The notes beneath the pieces were generated by a model that had not been told where the DNA came from, did no database searches, and was given only the letters and a program-made list of their open reading frames with translations. The translations under genes were made by a program, and so were the position numbers. Shown piece by piece: positions 36,675-45,311 of a DNA stretch of 64,000 bases. This stretch comes from a virus: IMG/VR virus record IMGVR_UViG_3300020182_001907, one strand, 5' to 3'. Each line of letters opens with the position of its first letter. Within the stretch, counting starts at the first letter, position 1.

Positions 36675-36878
36675 TTATGTGCGTGTGTTTATATTGATAT
36701 TGTTAATTATAGCAGGATTTGTTGTGTTGTCAACTGAAACATCTAGATAATAGCTAATTTTAAATGCGGGCATCTGATCAAAACTTATTTGTTCCAATAT
36801 GTTACGATCAGTAATACGATTACCTTGCGGATCATACGCTACAAATTCATTACCTGTGCGATGAACTTCTATTCTCAT
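36675..36878 (-). CDS. Hypothetical protein
   Basis: ORF with TATAAATA 5 nt upstream. Confidence 0.6.
   Translation of the reverse strand: MRIEVHRTGNEFVAYDPQGNRITDRNILEQISFDQMPAFKISYYLDVSVDNTTNPAIINNININTRT
36706..36733 (-). promoter_or_regulatory. Sigma70-type early promoter TTGACA-N16-TATAAT for dsbA-polB, embedded in the upstream ORF
   Basis: Perfect hexamers with TGC extension. Confidence 0.8.
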
Positions 36879-36883
36879 ATTCT

Positions 36884-36891
36884 TATTTATA
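36884..36891 (-). promoter_or_regulatory. T4-like late promoter TATAAATA
   Basis: Exact consensus, 5 nt upstream of ATG. Confidence 0.65.
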
Positions 36892-38053
36892 CGCTAACTT
36901 CAATCACTTGACTCATATTTTTTCCACCAAAGCCAAAACTGTTGTTAATCATTACAAGTTTATCTTTTTTAGGGAGAGCTTGGTTTAAAGTAGCAAGTTT
37001 ATTGTTTGTGTCAAAGGAACATATTTCTAAATTTTGGATATGCGGTACTGTACCTTGTTTCATTGATTCTATGCAGTATATTGTTTCTAACGTGCCTGCA
37101 CCACCTATAGTATGACCTACTTTGGACTTTGGAGCCCATATTACTGAGTCGGGTAGCGTTTTTGCTATAGCACTATATTCAACAACGTCTCCTACAGGAG
37201 TAGATGTAGCATGAGCGCATACAGCGTCCACTGTAGGATAGCCTGCATTCTTTAGTGCGCTTGTTATACTTTGTATTGCCCCTCTACCGTCCTCAGCAGG
37301 TGAAGTTATATGAAGACCTTCTGATGCATGTCCTGGAGTATACAGTTTAGCATGTGATGTACTGCCATACTCTTTGGCTTTCTCTTCACTTTGTAATATC
37401 AACACACCTGCACCTTCCCCCATAACAAATCCTGATCTATAGTCATCAAATGGTTTATTGTCTGCTGAAATTGCTCCTATGGTTGTAAATCCTTTTAACG
37501 CCATAGGATAACATCCTGCATCAGCACTGCCAACAATAACATATTCGTATTCATCTAATAGTCGCATAGCATAATCTATACCTACTAATCCTGTTGCACA
37601 CGCAGCAGCAACACTAGTAGACATTCCATGAAACCCCCAATGGCTTACAACATGGTATGTTACCATATCTGTTATTCGGTTAATCATTCTTCTAGGTTGT
37701 ACTTTGCGATTTTCTAGTAATTTAGAAAAGTCAGTAGATACAAACTCTCCTTCGCTTAAAGTAGAGGATATAATAACTGCTACGTCTTTTTTTATTGGTA
37801 GTTTAGAGTGAGATATTGCAATATTTGTAGCATGCATTGCAAACTTTTGCGCTCTTGTTAATGCTCTAGGTTTAAACCCTTCTGGATATTCTATACAGTT
37901 ATCATCAACCATGTATCCTCGATTTATGGGATAATCAGACATAAAATCTAACTGTTTGATATAATCATGATCATCTAACATCCTGTTAAATGATGATAAT
38001 GAATTATTGCCTAACACGTCAATAGAACCATAACCTACAACATGAGCTTGCAT
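36887..38053 (-). CDS. fabF: Beta-ketoacyl-ACP synthase II-like
   Basis: AACATG (Cys), AHATST, KSKVGHT, GFVMGEGAG and NSFGFGG motifs. Confidence 0.9.
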   Translation of the reverse strand: MQAHVVGYGSIDVLGNNSLSSFNRMLDDHDYIKQLDFMSDYPINRGYMVDDNCIEYPEGFKPRALTRAQKFAMHATNIAISHSKLPIKKDVAVIISSTLSEGEFVSTDFSKLLENRKVQPRRMINRITDMVTYHVVSHWGFHGMSTSVAAACATGLVGIDYAMRLLDEYEYVIVGSADAGCYPMALKGFTTIGAISADNKPFDDYRSGFVMGEGAGVLILQSEEKAKEYGSTSHAKLYTPGHASEGLHITSPAEDGRGAIQSITSALKNAGYPTVDAVCAHATSTPVGDVVEYSAIAKTLPDSVIWAPKSKVGHTIGGAGTLETIYCIESMKQGTVPHIQNLEICSFDTNNKLATLNQALPKKDKLVMINNSFGFGGKNMSQVIEVSV

Positions 38054-38120
38054 AAAAAGTTTTCTCCTAATGTTATGCTATTACTTATAGTGATTTAATT
38101 TATGATTGGTATATTTTGGT

Positions 38121-38630
38121 TTATCTGTTAAGTAACCTTACTTGTGATATTAAGTCTAGATCATTAGCATAGTGTTTTTCTATAAACTTTGTATTAACTG
38201 ATGTTACTACTTTCTCATTACAAACATTATACCTAACATTTTTATCGACTGCTAGATTATAATAATCAATTATGTTGTTAACTACCTCACTATCGTACAT
38301 CCAGTAATCAATATCAGCAAAATCCTTTACAGCATCCATATAAACTGTTTGGGGGACAAAATGCTTATTATTTTTGAGATAATTTTCAAAGTTAATTGGT
38401 TCAGGGAACATAAAATCTCGACCGGTTTGTAGGTACATGTTCACTGCACTAATAAACCTATCAGTAGGATCACGTAGAATTACTACGTGTTTAGACAAAG
38501 GAACGTCACTAGGAATTTCTCTTGTCCAGTTGTTATAATCTTTGTTTGCTCTAATAGCAGTAGAAGCGTTTTTTGGTATTTGCAAAAAAGCCAGTTGCTG
38601 ATCTGCAGGAACCATTGTGTATATTACCAT
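38121..38630 (-). CDS. Sulfotransferase family 2-like protein
   Basis: IPKNAST (5'-PSB), RDPTDRFISA (3'-PB) and HFVPQ motifs. Confidence 0.8.
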   Translation of the reverse strand: MVIYTMVPADQQLAFLQIPKNASTAIRANKDYNNWTREIPSDVPLSKHVVILRDPTDRFISAVNMYLQTGRDFMFPEPINFENYLKNNKHFVPQTVYMDAVKDFADIDYWMYDSEVVNNIIDYYNLAVDKNVRYNVCNEKVVTSVNTKFIEKHYANDLDLISQVRLLNR

Positions 38631-38635
38631 GTATG

Positions 38636-38643
38636 TATTTATA
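38636..38643 (-). promoter_or_regulatory. T4-like late promoter TATAAATA
   Basis: Exact consensus, 5 nt upstream of ATG. Confidence 0.65.
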
Positions 38644-38650
38644 TTAGGTT

Positions 38651-40258
38651 TTAATCTTCCAACCAGGATAGTGATAAAGCACTTCTAGTTATCTGTGCAG
38701 TTGATTCAACCAGCAAACTAATGGTGCTGCCTGGTGGGATATTTAAATTTAGAGTTTCCAAATTCTCACTTACACTTTCCAGCACGTCAATGATATACAA
38801 TGGTACATTATCACCCAAAGTCGTGACATCCTGTGTGTTGCTGTAATACACACTGCTCTGTGTCTCACTAACGGCTGTCCATTCTCTGGTGAAGCCTGGT
38901 TCAAAGTTAAACATAATATAAACTGCAACTGCTGTGGAACTGGCTTGTGTAAAGGCAGCATTGATATTTTTTAAGATAAACTCTCTGGTGTTAATTTTAT
39001 CCAGGAACAATGTTCTGTTTTTAATGCTGATAAGGTGCGTTAGGACATTAGCGCCAATGTTAGTGGTGTTGGAAGTCTGTGCTGCACTGGGAAATTTTGT
39101 AGGACGTATTAGGCCCTCAATAGCACCCATCATACTTGCACCACAAACACTCACTTCTTGTGCAATTGGCCCGCCGCTCAAGTTAGCAGCTATATAACCC
39201 ACTTTCAAACTGGGGTTATCTAAATGCACATCAGTGTTTTGGTTACTGTAATGAAGATGGTGAAAGAACACCAGATCACCAGTGTTAGGATCTTCAATAG
39301 CAAAACGCATTTCGCCAGCGCCTAGCCAACGGAAGTTAATTTGGTATACATTTAACTTTTGATGATCCAAATCCATACCGCTTGGTCCGTTGCCGTCCAG
39401 TGTGTCAATATTAAACGCACTCTGGTAAATCCATTGATCGTTGTGTATGAGTCCTGCTTGTCTAACACTGTTAGTCATTGTGACGGCGCCTGTGGTGCTG
39501 AATTCAAATAAGCCACCAAGAGGACCAACACTGGTGCTTAAAAAACTCACATGATCTTCACCTTCTTCTACAATCCACAGTAAATTGCCCACAAAATCTG
39601 CACGGACACCTACTGCAATTTCAGCAGCAGTCTGAGATATACTTGCGCCGCCTGATAATGTGATAGCAATGCTGTAGTCATTTAACGTAAGAGTAAGCGT
39701 TTCGCCACCGCCAGCTACAGCACCAGTAATTTCAAAACGATGTATGTGTGCTTTACCACCGTTTTGTCTCAGTATGCCAAAGTCTGATCCATTGTATCCA
39801 ACTTGCAATGCTTGTTCTTGTGTAAAGAACCCTGCTCGTTGGGTTGCACCAGGCTGCGGTGTTGAAAATTTAGCAGTAAATCTGGTTAGTGCGCCCTGTC
39901 CTGGACGATATCTCACAGCACGTCTACTACGTAATACACCATAACCGTTATTAGCAAGACCAGATTTAACTTCCATTAATGTGCCTGTGGTTCCCGCAGA
40001 ACCACTTGCTGGATTGCTATATGTTTCAAAGTCACGTTCTGGTAATCCATAAAGTCCGTCTAATTGGAATACAGGATTTATTATGGAAGTCATTATCTCA
40101 CCAAATGCGGATGTTGAGCCTGCATCAGCTGGTTTGGATGACGTGAGAGTTCTAATAACTGGCTCACCGCTAGTATTATATTGCATAGCAGTGTGTAGAT
40201 TATTTAAATTCCAATTTGTGCTGTTAGCGCCAGTGGGCGGATGTATATAATCTGTCAT
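38651..40258 (-). CDS. Putative virion structural protein
   Basis: Beta-rich G/S/T composition; SAFGE, RYRPGQG and F.WLGAG..RF motifs. Confidence 0.65.
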   Translation of the reverse strand: MTDYIHPPTGANSTNWNLNNLHTAMQYNTSGEPVIRTLTSSKPADAGSTSAFGEIMTSIINPVFQLDGLYGLPERDFETYSNPASGSAGTTGTLMEVKSGLANNGYGVLRSRRAVRYRPGQGALTRFTAKFSTPQPGATQRAGFFTQEQALQVGYNGSDFGILRQNGGKAHIHRFEITGAVAGGGETLTLTLNDYSIAITLSGGASISQTAAEIAVGVRADFVGNLLWIVEEGEDHVSFLSTSVGPLGGLFEFSTTGAVTMTNSVRQAGLIHNDQWIYQSAFNIDTLDGNGPSGMDLDHQKLNVYQINFRWLGAGEMRFAIEDPNTGDLVFFHHLHYSNQNTDVHLDNPSLKVGYIAANLSGGPIAQEVSVCGASMMGAIEGLIRPTKFPSAAQTSNTTNIGANVLTHLISIKNRTLFLDKINTREFILKNINAAFTQASSTAVAVYIMFNFEPGFTREWTAVSETQSSVYYSNTQDVTTLGDNVPLYIIDVLESVSENLETLNLNIPPGSTISLLVESTAQITRSALSLSWLED

Positions 40259-40425
40259 ATGGTATCAGTCTTTTTCCGTAAGTTATCAGTCCTGCTTTTT
40301 TTAAAAGAAAACTCAGGATTAGCTGTTAGTTGTGCTGGATCTTTAACGTCATTAATTTTTCTTTTACTAGGATCTTTAATATCCTTTGGATTAGATTTTT
40401 TACCTATAATATCTTCTATAAACAT
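40255..40425 (-). CDS. Small basic hypothetical protein (56 aa), not in ORF track
   Basis: MFIEDIIGKKSNPKDIKDPSKRK...; abuts both neighbours. Confidence 0.6.
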   Translation of the reverse strand: MFIEDIIGKKSNPKDIKDPSKRKINDVKDPAQLTANPEFSFKKSRTDNLRKKTDTI

Positions 40426-40725
40426 TTAGATTTCCATGCTTGTTTCAAAGTCAAAGTCAAAATCAAATTCTTTATTAAGTTCATCTGAAATTTGTTCACC
40501 TTCTTCAAGACTAATTTGTTCGTTCAGCACAATTTCATAAATGTGTAAACCGTTTTGGCCTTCATATTCTGTAACAACTACACTGACTATATCCTGATCG
40601 TCAGTGTGAGAAGTGACCAATTTAACAGGAACAAGACTTTGAACAATATCATAGTATTCTATAACGTCTTCATGATCTAATTCACTGGCAGTTACTAGCC
40701 TGCAAAAATGTTTTATAAAGTCCAT
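40426..40725 (-). CDS. Acidic hypothetical protein
   Basis: ORF with GATAAATA 5 nt upstream. Confidence 0.7.
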   Translation of the reverse strand: MDFIKHFCRLVTASELDHEDVIEYYDIVQSLVPVKLVTSHTDDQDIVSVVVTEYEGQNGLHIYEIVLNEQISLEEGEQISDELNKEFDFDFDFETSMEI

Positions 40726-40729
40726 AACA

Positions 40730-41518
40730 CTATTTATCTAATTTCTTCAATATTTTTAGCAAAGGGTGCTTCTTATCGTGGCCATTGTGATGGTTGGCAT
40801 GTAATGCTTCAAACGGTATTAACCACCATCCCCAATAAAAATTATGTGCGTTATGGTAAATACGAGGATGTGCTATGTGCTTTCCGCCTATTTTACCGCT
40901 ATGATTTAGTATTCCTAGCATCTCGCCGAGAACAAAGTACAATACTGGTATTGCATAGAAATACACAAAATAATCTAACCCTGCGGATAGAAAACCTATA
41001 CTTGTAACAGCTAATGTTAGTACAAAATATTTTTCAAAAAATATTGCTGCAGGATCATTCATTAGATGTTGCACACTAACAAAACATTTTTTTTGTTGAT
41101 AAGGCGGCAGGTGATCTAAACTAAATTTATGATTTGAATACCACATTACTTTAAAAAATCCTCGATGCTTGGGACTATGTGGATCTAATTCTGTATCCAC
41201 GTATCTATGATGCATATAATGTATTAACGCCCAACTTACAGTAGGAGTTACAATATAAGCAGTGCTAAAAAAATTCAAAATAAATCTCAATGTGGTTGAT
41301 TTAATTTTAATCAGTTTATGTGTGTTTATAAAATGGGTGTTTGTCATTAGCACTGCAAAAATACAATATGAAAAAAATGCACTGTACAACAACATCATCA
41401 TGTCAATAGGATAAACTGTAAAGTATACTAATATTCCGATAGGTAGTATAACCTGAGACCACCAACTTTTTATTCGATACTTTAGAATTTTATCTTTTTG
41501 GGTGTGTACAAAATCCAT
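40730..41518 (-). CDS. Membrane fatty acid desaturase (delta-9 type)
   Basis: His boxes HFINTH, HYMHHRY..DPHSP, NH and HANHH; transmembrane segments. Confidence 0.88.
   Translation of the reverse strand: MDFVHTQKDKILKYRIKSWWSQVILPIGILVYFTVYPIDMMMLLYSAFFSYCIFAVLMTNTHFINTHKLIKIKSTTLRFILNFFSTAYIVTPTVSWALIHYMHHRYVDTELDPHSPKHRGFFKVMWYSNHKFSLDHLPPYQQKKCFVSVQHLMNDPAAIFFEKYFVLTLAVTSIGFLSAGLDYFVYFYAIPVLYFVLGEMLGILNHSGKIGGKHIAHPRIYHNAHNFYWGWWLIPFEALHANHHNGHDKKHPLLKILKKLDK
40731..40738 (-). promoter_or_regulatory. T4-like late promoter element (GATAAATA)
   Basis: 5 nt upstream of ATG at 40725. Confidence 0.6.
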
Positions 41519-42274
41519 TTATGCTCCTTTTGTTAGCAGGAAACTGCTTACTGTTGCATTAGAATTATCATACTCCATTCCATCAATGTAACAAAACTCT
41601 GATATATTAGATTTGAATGTGTATAATTTTTCTAACCATCTCATGTTCTGTATATTTATAAAATGCTTAATATTGTCTTTTTGTAATTCACTAAGATCCT
41701 TTACTAAAACACCATTGTTTACAAAATACATATAATCTTTGATATTCTTAAGATCATCTGTAGTGCACTCCACACAACCGTATTGTTCCTTTCTTCGTGG
41801 CATTAAATAGAAATAAGCATTGAGAGGCGATACAAATGATATAAGTAATTTACCGCCTGGTTTTGTTGCAGCTAACAATTTGTCCAAATCGTCTAAATAT
41901 CTACTGTTAAGAGTATGGTTAAATACATTATATGCAAAAACAAAATCATAGTAGTTATCAATAAGCTCAATATCTTCTAGATCTTGTTCTAGACTACTAT
42001 ATATTGTAGATGCTACTGGTCTAAATATCCAGTTTGCCTCAGGTATTTCTAATCTCGAAAGTTCTAACACAACTTGATCTACATCCACACATGTATAGTT
42101 ACTTGGATGTATTTCATTTGATGCCATACCATCTCGCAGCAAATAACCCACATTGCCGCCCCAATCTAGTATGCGCATGTTCTCAGGCAATGATTCGACA
42201 CCTAGTGCATAACGTACTAAGCCAAGATGCTTTTTTTTATTAGACCTAATGCTTCTGGTGTTTAAAATTTTCAA
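41519..42274 (-). CDS. Class I SAM-dependent methyltransferase
   Basis: ILDWGGNVG, VDVD, YNVFNH and KPGG motifs. Confidence 0.85.
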   Translation of the reverse strand: MKILNTRSIRSNKKKHLGLVRYALGVESLPENMRILDWGGNVGYLLRDGMASNEIHPSNYTCVDVDQVVLELSRLEIPEANWIFRPVASTIYSSLEQDLEDIELIDNYYDFVFAYNVFNHTLNSRYLDDLDKLLAATKPGGKLLISFVSPLNAYFYLMPRRKEQYGCVECTTDDLKNIKDYMYFVNNGVLVKDLSELQKDNIKHFINIQNMRWLEKLYTFKSNISEFCYIDGMEYDNSNATVSSFLLTKGA

Positions 42275-42881
42275 CGGGATTTGATTCTAAAATATTTAAA
42301 AATGTTTGTTCATAGGTGGTATCAAATAAAATATAAAGCACATACTGTGGAACTGAGTTTACATTATACGGACCTACTAGCTTTGTGGGATAGGGATCTT
42401 TCTCATTGCTTTTATAGCGTACTCTTTTTTTATCATTTATAAACATGATTGTCCTAATGATTTTTTTATTGTATTCATTTGTGTATATACATAGACCTTT
42501 ATATCCATGCTCTAGTGCAATTCGTATAGGGTAATCTTTGAGATATTGATGATACTGTGGACCAGTAATACTCTTATCAATGGGTGCATATACCCTGCTA
42601 CCACCAACTAAAATGTTTTTATCTAACACAAAAGGAAGATATCCAGATCCAAATAAATATTGTTCTGTCTCGCTGTCCTGATATATACAGTATCCAGAAC
42701 TTTCACCATCGTACGCTTTATCAATATATATTTTATATAGCAAACTGTTAGGTGCATTTTCCCAGTTAGTAAATTTAATGTTACTAGCTGCTGGTCGAGA
42801 ATCTAGGTCTGCTAGTTTACAAAAAGGAATAACTAAATCTATGTCGGTGTTACTGGTTACTTCTATAATATCTATGCTCAT
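42246..42881 (-). CDS. Hypothetical protein (possible GNAT-like fold)
   Basis: ORF in gene train; fold guess is weak. Confidence 0.6.
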   Translation of the reverse strand: MSIDIIEVTSNTDIDLVIPFCKLADLDSRPAASNIKFTNWENAPNSLLYKIYIDKAYDGESSGYCIYQDSETEQYLFGSGYLPFVLDKNILVGGSRVYAPIDKSITGPQYHQYLKDYPIRIALEHGYKGLCIYTNEYNKKIIRTIMFINDKKRVRYKSNEKDPYPTKLVGPYNVNSVPQYVLYILFDTTYEQTFLNILESNPVENFKHQKH

Positions 42882-43780
42882 AATATACGCTCCTTTATGT
42901 ACTGTTCAAGCTCAGGAACCATTACAGAATCGGTTATAATCTCAGGTATTTTATAGTTGTTAATAATTTTTTCAGTATCTAGAGTAATTCCGTTGTATGT
43001 ATTTTTTTCTAGTTCAGCGATATCTATATCATATAGTGTAGCTAAAGCTGAATCAGTATTACCAACATTTAAAGGAATAGTGCGATCGTAAATATAACAA
43101 CTGTCATTAACTAACAATAACAAATTAAGATTTCCAATGATTGCTTGTTCCAACAGTTTAAAATTAACATTAAACTCTTCATGACATATAATGCTAGGAT
43201 ACTGTATGGTTTTTGCAGATTGTTTATTGCAACATAATAATCTAAAACAAGTATAATCTTTTTGCCCTAAAGTTTTTTTCACTCTAGAATAAAACTTAAA
43301 AGCAGTTTTCATTTTTTTACGCACTTTATCGTTGTTGGCTAGCGCCATAAACTTAGGAGATAATACCTGCCAATTAATACAGTGAAACTGTTTAGTGCTG
43401 TGGAAAATTTGTAAATTAGGAAGTACTATTGTTTCAGAAGTAAAAAGCACATCTGCATTTGAATTTTGTAATGTGTTGTGTACTATGGATATACCATCAG
43501 GTCCTAAAAAGTCGTCACCGTCTAACATTGTTATCCAGTCGTATTCAGTATTGAGGAAGTAGTCAATTACACTTTGCTTGCCCTTTGCCACTGTGCCATT
43601 TGATTGAGTACGCACAATATTGAAATTTTGGCAATAGGAATCTTCGCACAATTTTTTGTAATACTCTTCGTCAAGAGTATTACAAATTATTACCACGTCT
43701 TCCAGTTGTCCGATACTAACTAGAGCACGTTTGAGTTTTTTTAAATTACATGATGTTAGTACAGTAGTTAATAATTTCAT
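42878..43780 (-). CDS. GT-A (family 2-like) glycosyltransferase
   Basis: LKRALVSI, SNGT..KGKQS and MLDGDDFL (DxD) motifs. Confidence 0.8.
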   Translation of the reverse strand: MKLLTTVLTSCNLKKLKRALVSIGQLEDVVIICNTLDEEYYKKLCEDSYCQNFNIVRTQSNGTVAKGKQSVIDYFLNTEYDWITMLDGDDFLGPDGISIVHNTLQNSNADVLFTSETIVLPNLQIFHSTKQFHCINWQVLSPKFMALANNDKVRKKMKTAFKFYSRVKKTLGQKDYTCFRLLCCNKQSAKTIQYPSIICHEEFNVNFKLLEQAIIGNLNLLLLVNDSCYIYDRTIPLNVGNTDSALATLYDIDIAELEKNTYNGITLDTEKIINNYKIPEIITDSVMVPELEQYIKERIL

Positions 43781-44170
43781 CTATATCAGCATTTTAACTA
43801 AATTCATCATAACTGCTGTGCCGCTAATAGCACTACCTATCATGATTGCTTTATCGTTCCAGCAGTGTCCTACATATATCCAACAGATAGCACTACCTGC
43901 ATACAACACCTGTCCTTCAGTTATTAGTCCTGCACTCTGTAGAAAAACGCCCACGACGGCTAATATAGTTGCCGCCCACTTTACGTATTCATCAACTGTG
44001 CCTGTAGGTGTTACAGGAGAAAGATTTAATACTTGCTCTTGCAGTTCCTCCATCTCTTCAGATAGCCGTCTTTTTTCAGTTGCAAGTTCCATAGCAAGAC
44101 GCCCAGCCTTACTCATTGTACTTTCTTTGTACTGCTCCTTAATATCTGCTTGTTTTTCTGCTGTGCTCAC
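43781..44170 (-). CDS. Membrane protein with N-terminal coiled coil
   Basis: YVKWAAT, three hydrophobic helices, WNDKAIM; GTG start. Confidence 0.7.
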   Translation of the reverse strand: MSTAEKQADIKEQYKESTMSKAGRLAMELATEKRRLSEEMEELQEQVLNLSPVTPTGTVDEYVKWAATILAVVGVFLQSAGLITEGQVLYAGSAICWIYVGHCWNDKAIMIGSAISGTAVMMNLVKMLI

Positions 44171-44193
44171 AATAACTTCTCTATTTTATTTTT

Positions 44194-44270
<77 letters not shown>

Positions 44271-44276
44271 AGTAGT

Positions 44277-44353
44277 TGGTGTCCCTAGAGGGATTCGAAC
44301 CCCCGTTTCCACCCTGAGATGGTGGCGTTCTCGCCCATGTAAACTATAGGGAC
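44277..44353 (-). tRNA. tRNA-Glu(CUC), atypical anticodon loop
   Basis: GTCCC acceptor; CCACC-AT-CTC-AG-GGTGG; short variable loop; CCA encoded. Confidence 0.8.
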
Positions 44354-44363
44354 ATTTCTGCAA

Positions 44364-44747
44364 CTACTGTGGTACGTTAGGTAGTTGCCTCCATACAGGA
44401 CCTTTTGTTCCAGCAGTAGAATAATTGTAACACCAGAAACTACCATCATTGCATTGAAACAAAATGTCAGTTGTTCCGTCAGGCATTTCGATTAATGTAT
44501 AATCCACAGCCATACGATTTGCATGCAAGTTTGATTCACGCTCATTGTGTTTCATTAATTGAAATTCTAGATTTTTCATCATTGAAAATAATTCTGTAAA
44601 ATCCTGTTGATTTGAGTCTTGTTTAACTACTGGATCTCCAATAGCTAGGTCTTTAACGGAAGAACTTGATCCTGTTGGTTGTTCGGATTGTTGTCCCAAC
44701 TCTACAAATTTTCCTAATTTTTTCTTTTCTTTATTAAATATATTCAT
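44364..44747 (-). CDS. Hypothetical protein within tRNA cluster
   Basis: AAGGA SD; C-terminal CNDGSFW...WRQLPNVPQ. Confidence 0.7.
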   Translation of the reverse strand: MNIFNKEKKKLGKFVELGQQSEQPTGSSSSVKDLAIGDPVVKQDSNQQDFTELFSMMKNLEFQLMKHNERESNLHANRMAVDYTLIEMPDGTTDILFQCNDGSFWCYNYSTAGTKGPVWRQLPNVPQ

Positions 44748-44781
44748 TAAATTTCCTTAAAACAAATTTTTATAAGGGTTT

Positions 44782-44857
44782 TGGCTCCCTGTCGTGGGCT
44801 CGAACCACGGACCCAATGATTAACAGTCATTTGCTCTACCAACTGAGCTAACAGGGA
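44782..44857 (-). tRNA. tRNA-Asn(GUU)
   Basis: Cloverleaf; AATGA-CT-GTT-AA-TCATT; G73-CCA. Confidence 0.95.
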
Positions 44858-44864
44858 ATTATCA

Positions 44865-44940
44865 TGGTGCCGCCACCAAGAGTCGAACTCGGGACCTACT
44901 GATTACAAATCAGTTGCTCTACCAACTGAGCTATAGCGGC
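44865..44940 (-). tRNA. tRNA-Thr(UGU)
   Basis: Cloverleaf; CTGAT-TT-TGT-AA-TCAG; CCA encoded. Confidence 0.95.
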
Positions 44941-44983
44941 ATATGTCTATTTAACCCTTTATGCTCCAGCAAACCAAAATTAA

Positions 44984-45020
44984 TGGTAACCGGAGGCGGA
45001 ATCGAACCGCCAAGGCCATT
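44984..45020 (-). repeat. Duplicated 3' end (37 bp, 2 mismatches) of tRNA-Leu(UAA)
   Basis: Matches 45224-45260. Confidence 0.9.
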
Positions 45021-45032
45021 TATTTCTCCGTA

Positions 45033-45109
45033 TGGTAGGACTGGGTGGAATCGAACCACCGTTCTCTGACTTATAAGATCAGTGCATGACACCACTCTGC
45101 TACAGTCCC
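45033..45109 (-). tRNA. tRNA-Ile(UAU)
   Basis: Cloverleaf; CTGAT-CT-TAT-AA-GTCAG; A73-CCA. Confidence 0.88.
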
Positions 45110-45116
45110 TTTTATT

Positions 45117-45193
45117 TGGTGGGCCCTGATGGACTCGAACCATCGACCTGCCGATTATGAGTCGGATGCTCTAACCAACTGAGCTAAGGGCCC
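45117..45193 (-). tRNA. tRNA-Ile2(CAU) (lysidine type; Met not excluded)
   Basis: CAT anticodon; GGGCCCTTAGCTCAG body with C4-G69 and C5-G68 as in ileX-type tRNAs. Confidence 0.85.
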
Positions 45194-45223
45194 TAATAGG
45201 TTATCTCTATTTTAATTATAGTT

Positions 45224-45311
45224 TGGTACCCGGAGGCGGACTCGAACCGCCAAGGCCATTACAGCCGGGGGATTTTAAGTCCCCTATGGTTACCAATTTC
45301 ATCATCCGGGC
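45224..45311 (-). tRNA. tRNA-Leu(UAA)
   Basis: GGGGA-CT-TAA-AA-TCCCC; long variable arm; CCA encoded. Confidence 0.93.

Noticed and set aside
36314-36697. Plus-strand 127-aa ORF and the many other antisense ORFs in the track
   Set aside because: They are shadows of well-supported opposite-strand genes, lacking SD signals and recognisable motifs
44277-44353. Possible opal (UCA) suppressor tRNA or recoded stop codons
   Set aside because: The 5-bp anticodon stem centres the loop on CUC, the body is Glu-like, and genes are intact in the standard code with TGA and TAG used as stops
44931-45143. 70-aa ORF in the tRNA cluster
   Set aside because: Overlaps tRNA genes on the same strand
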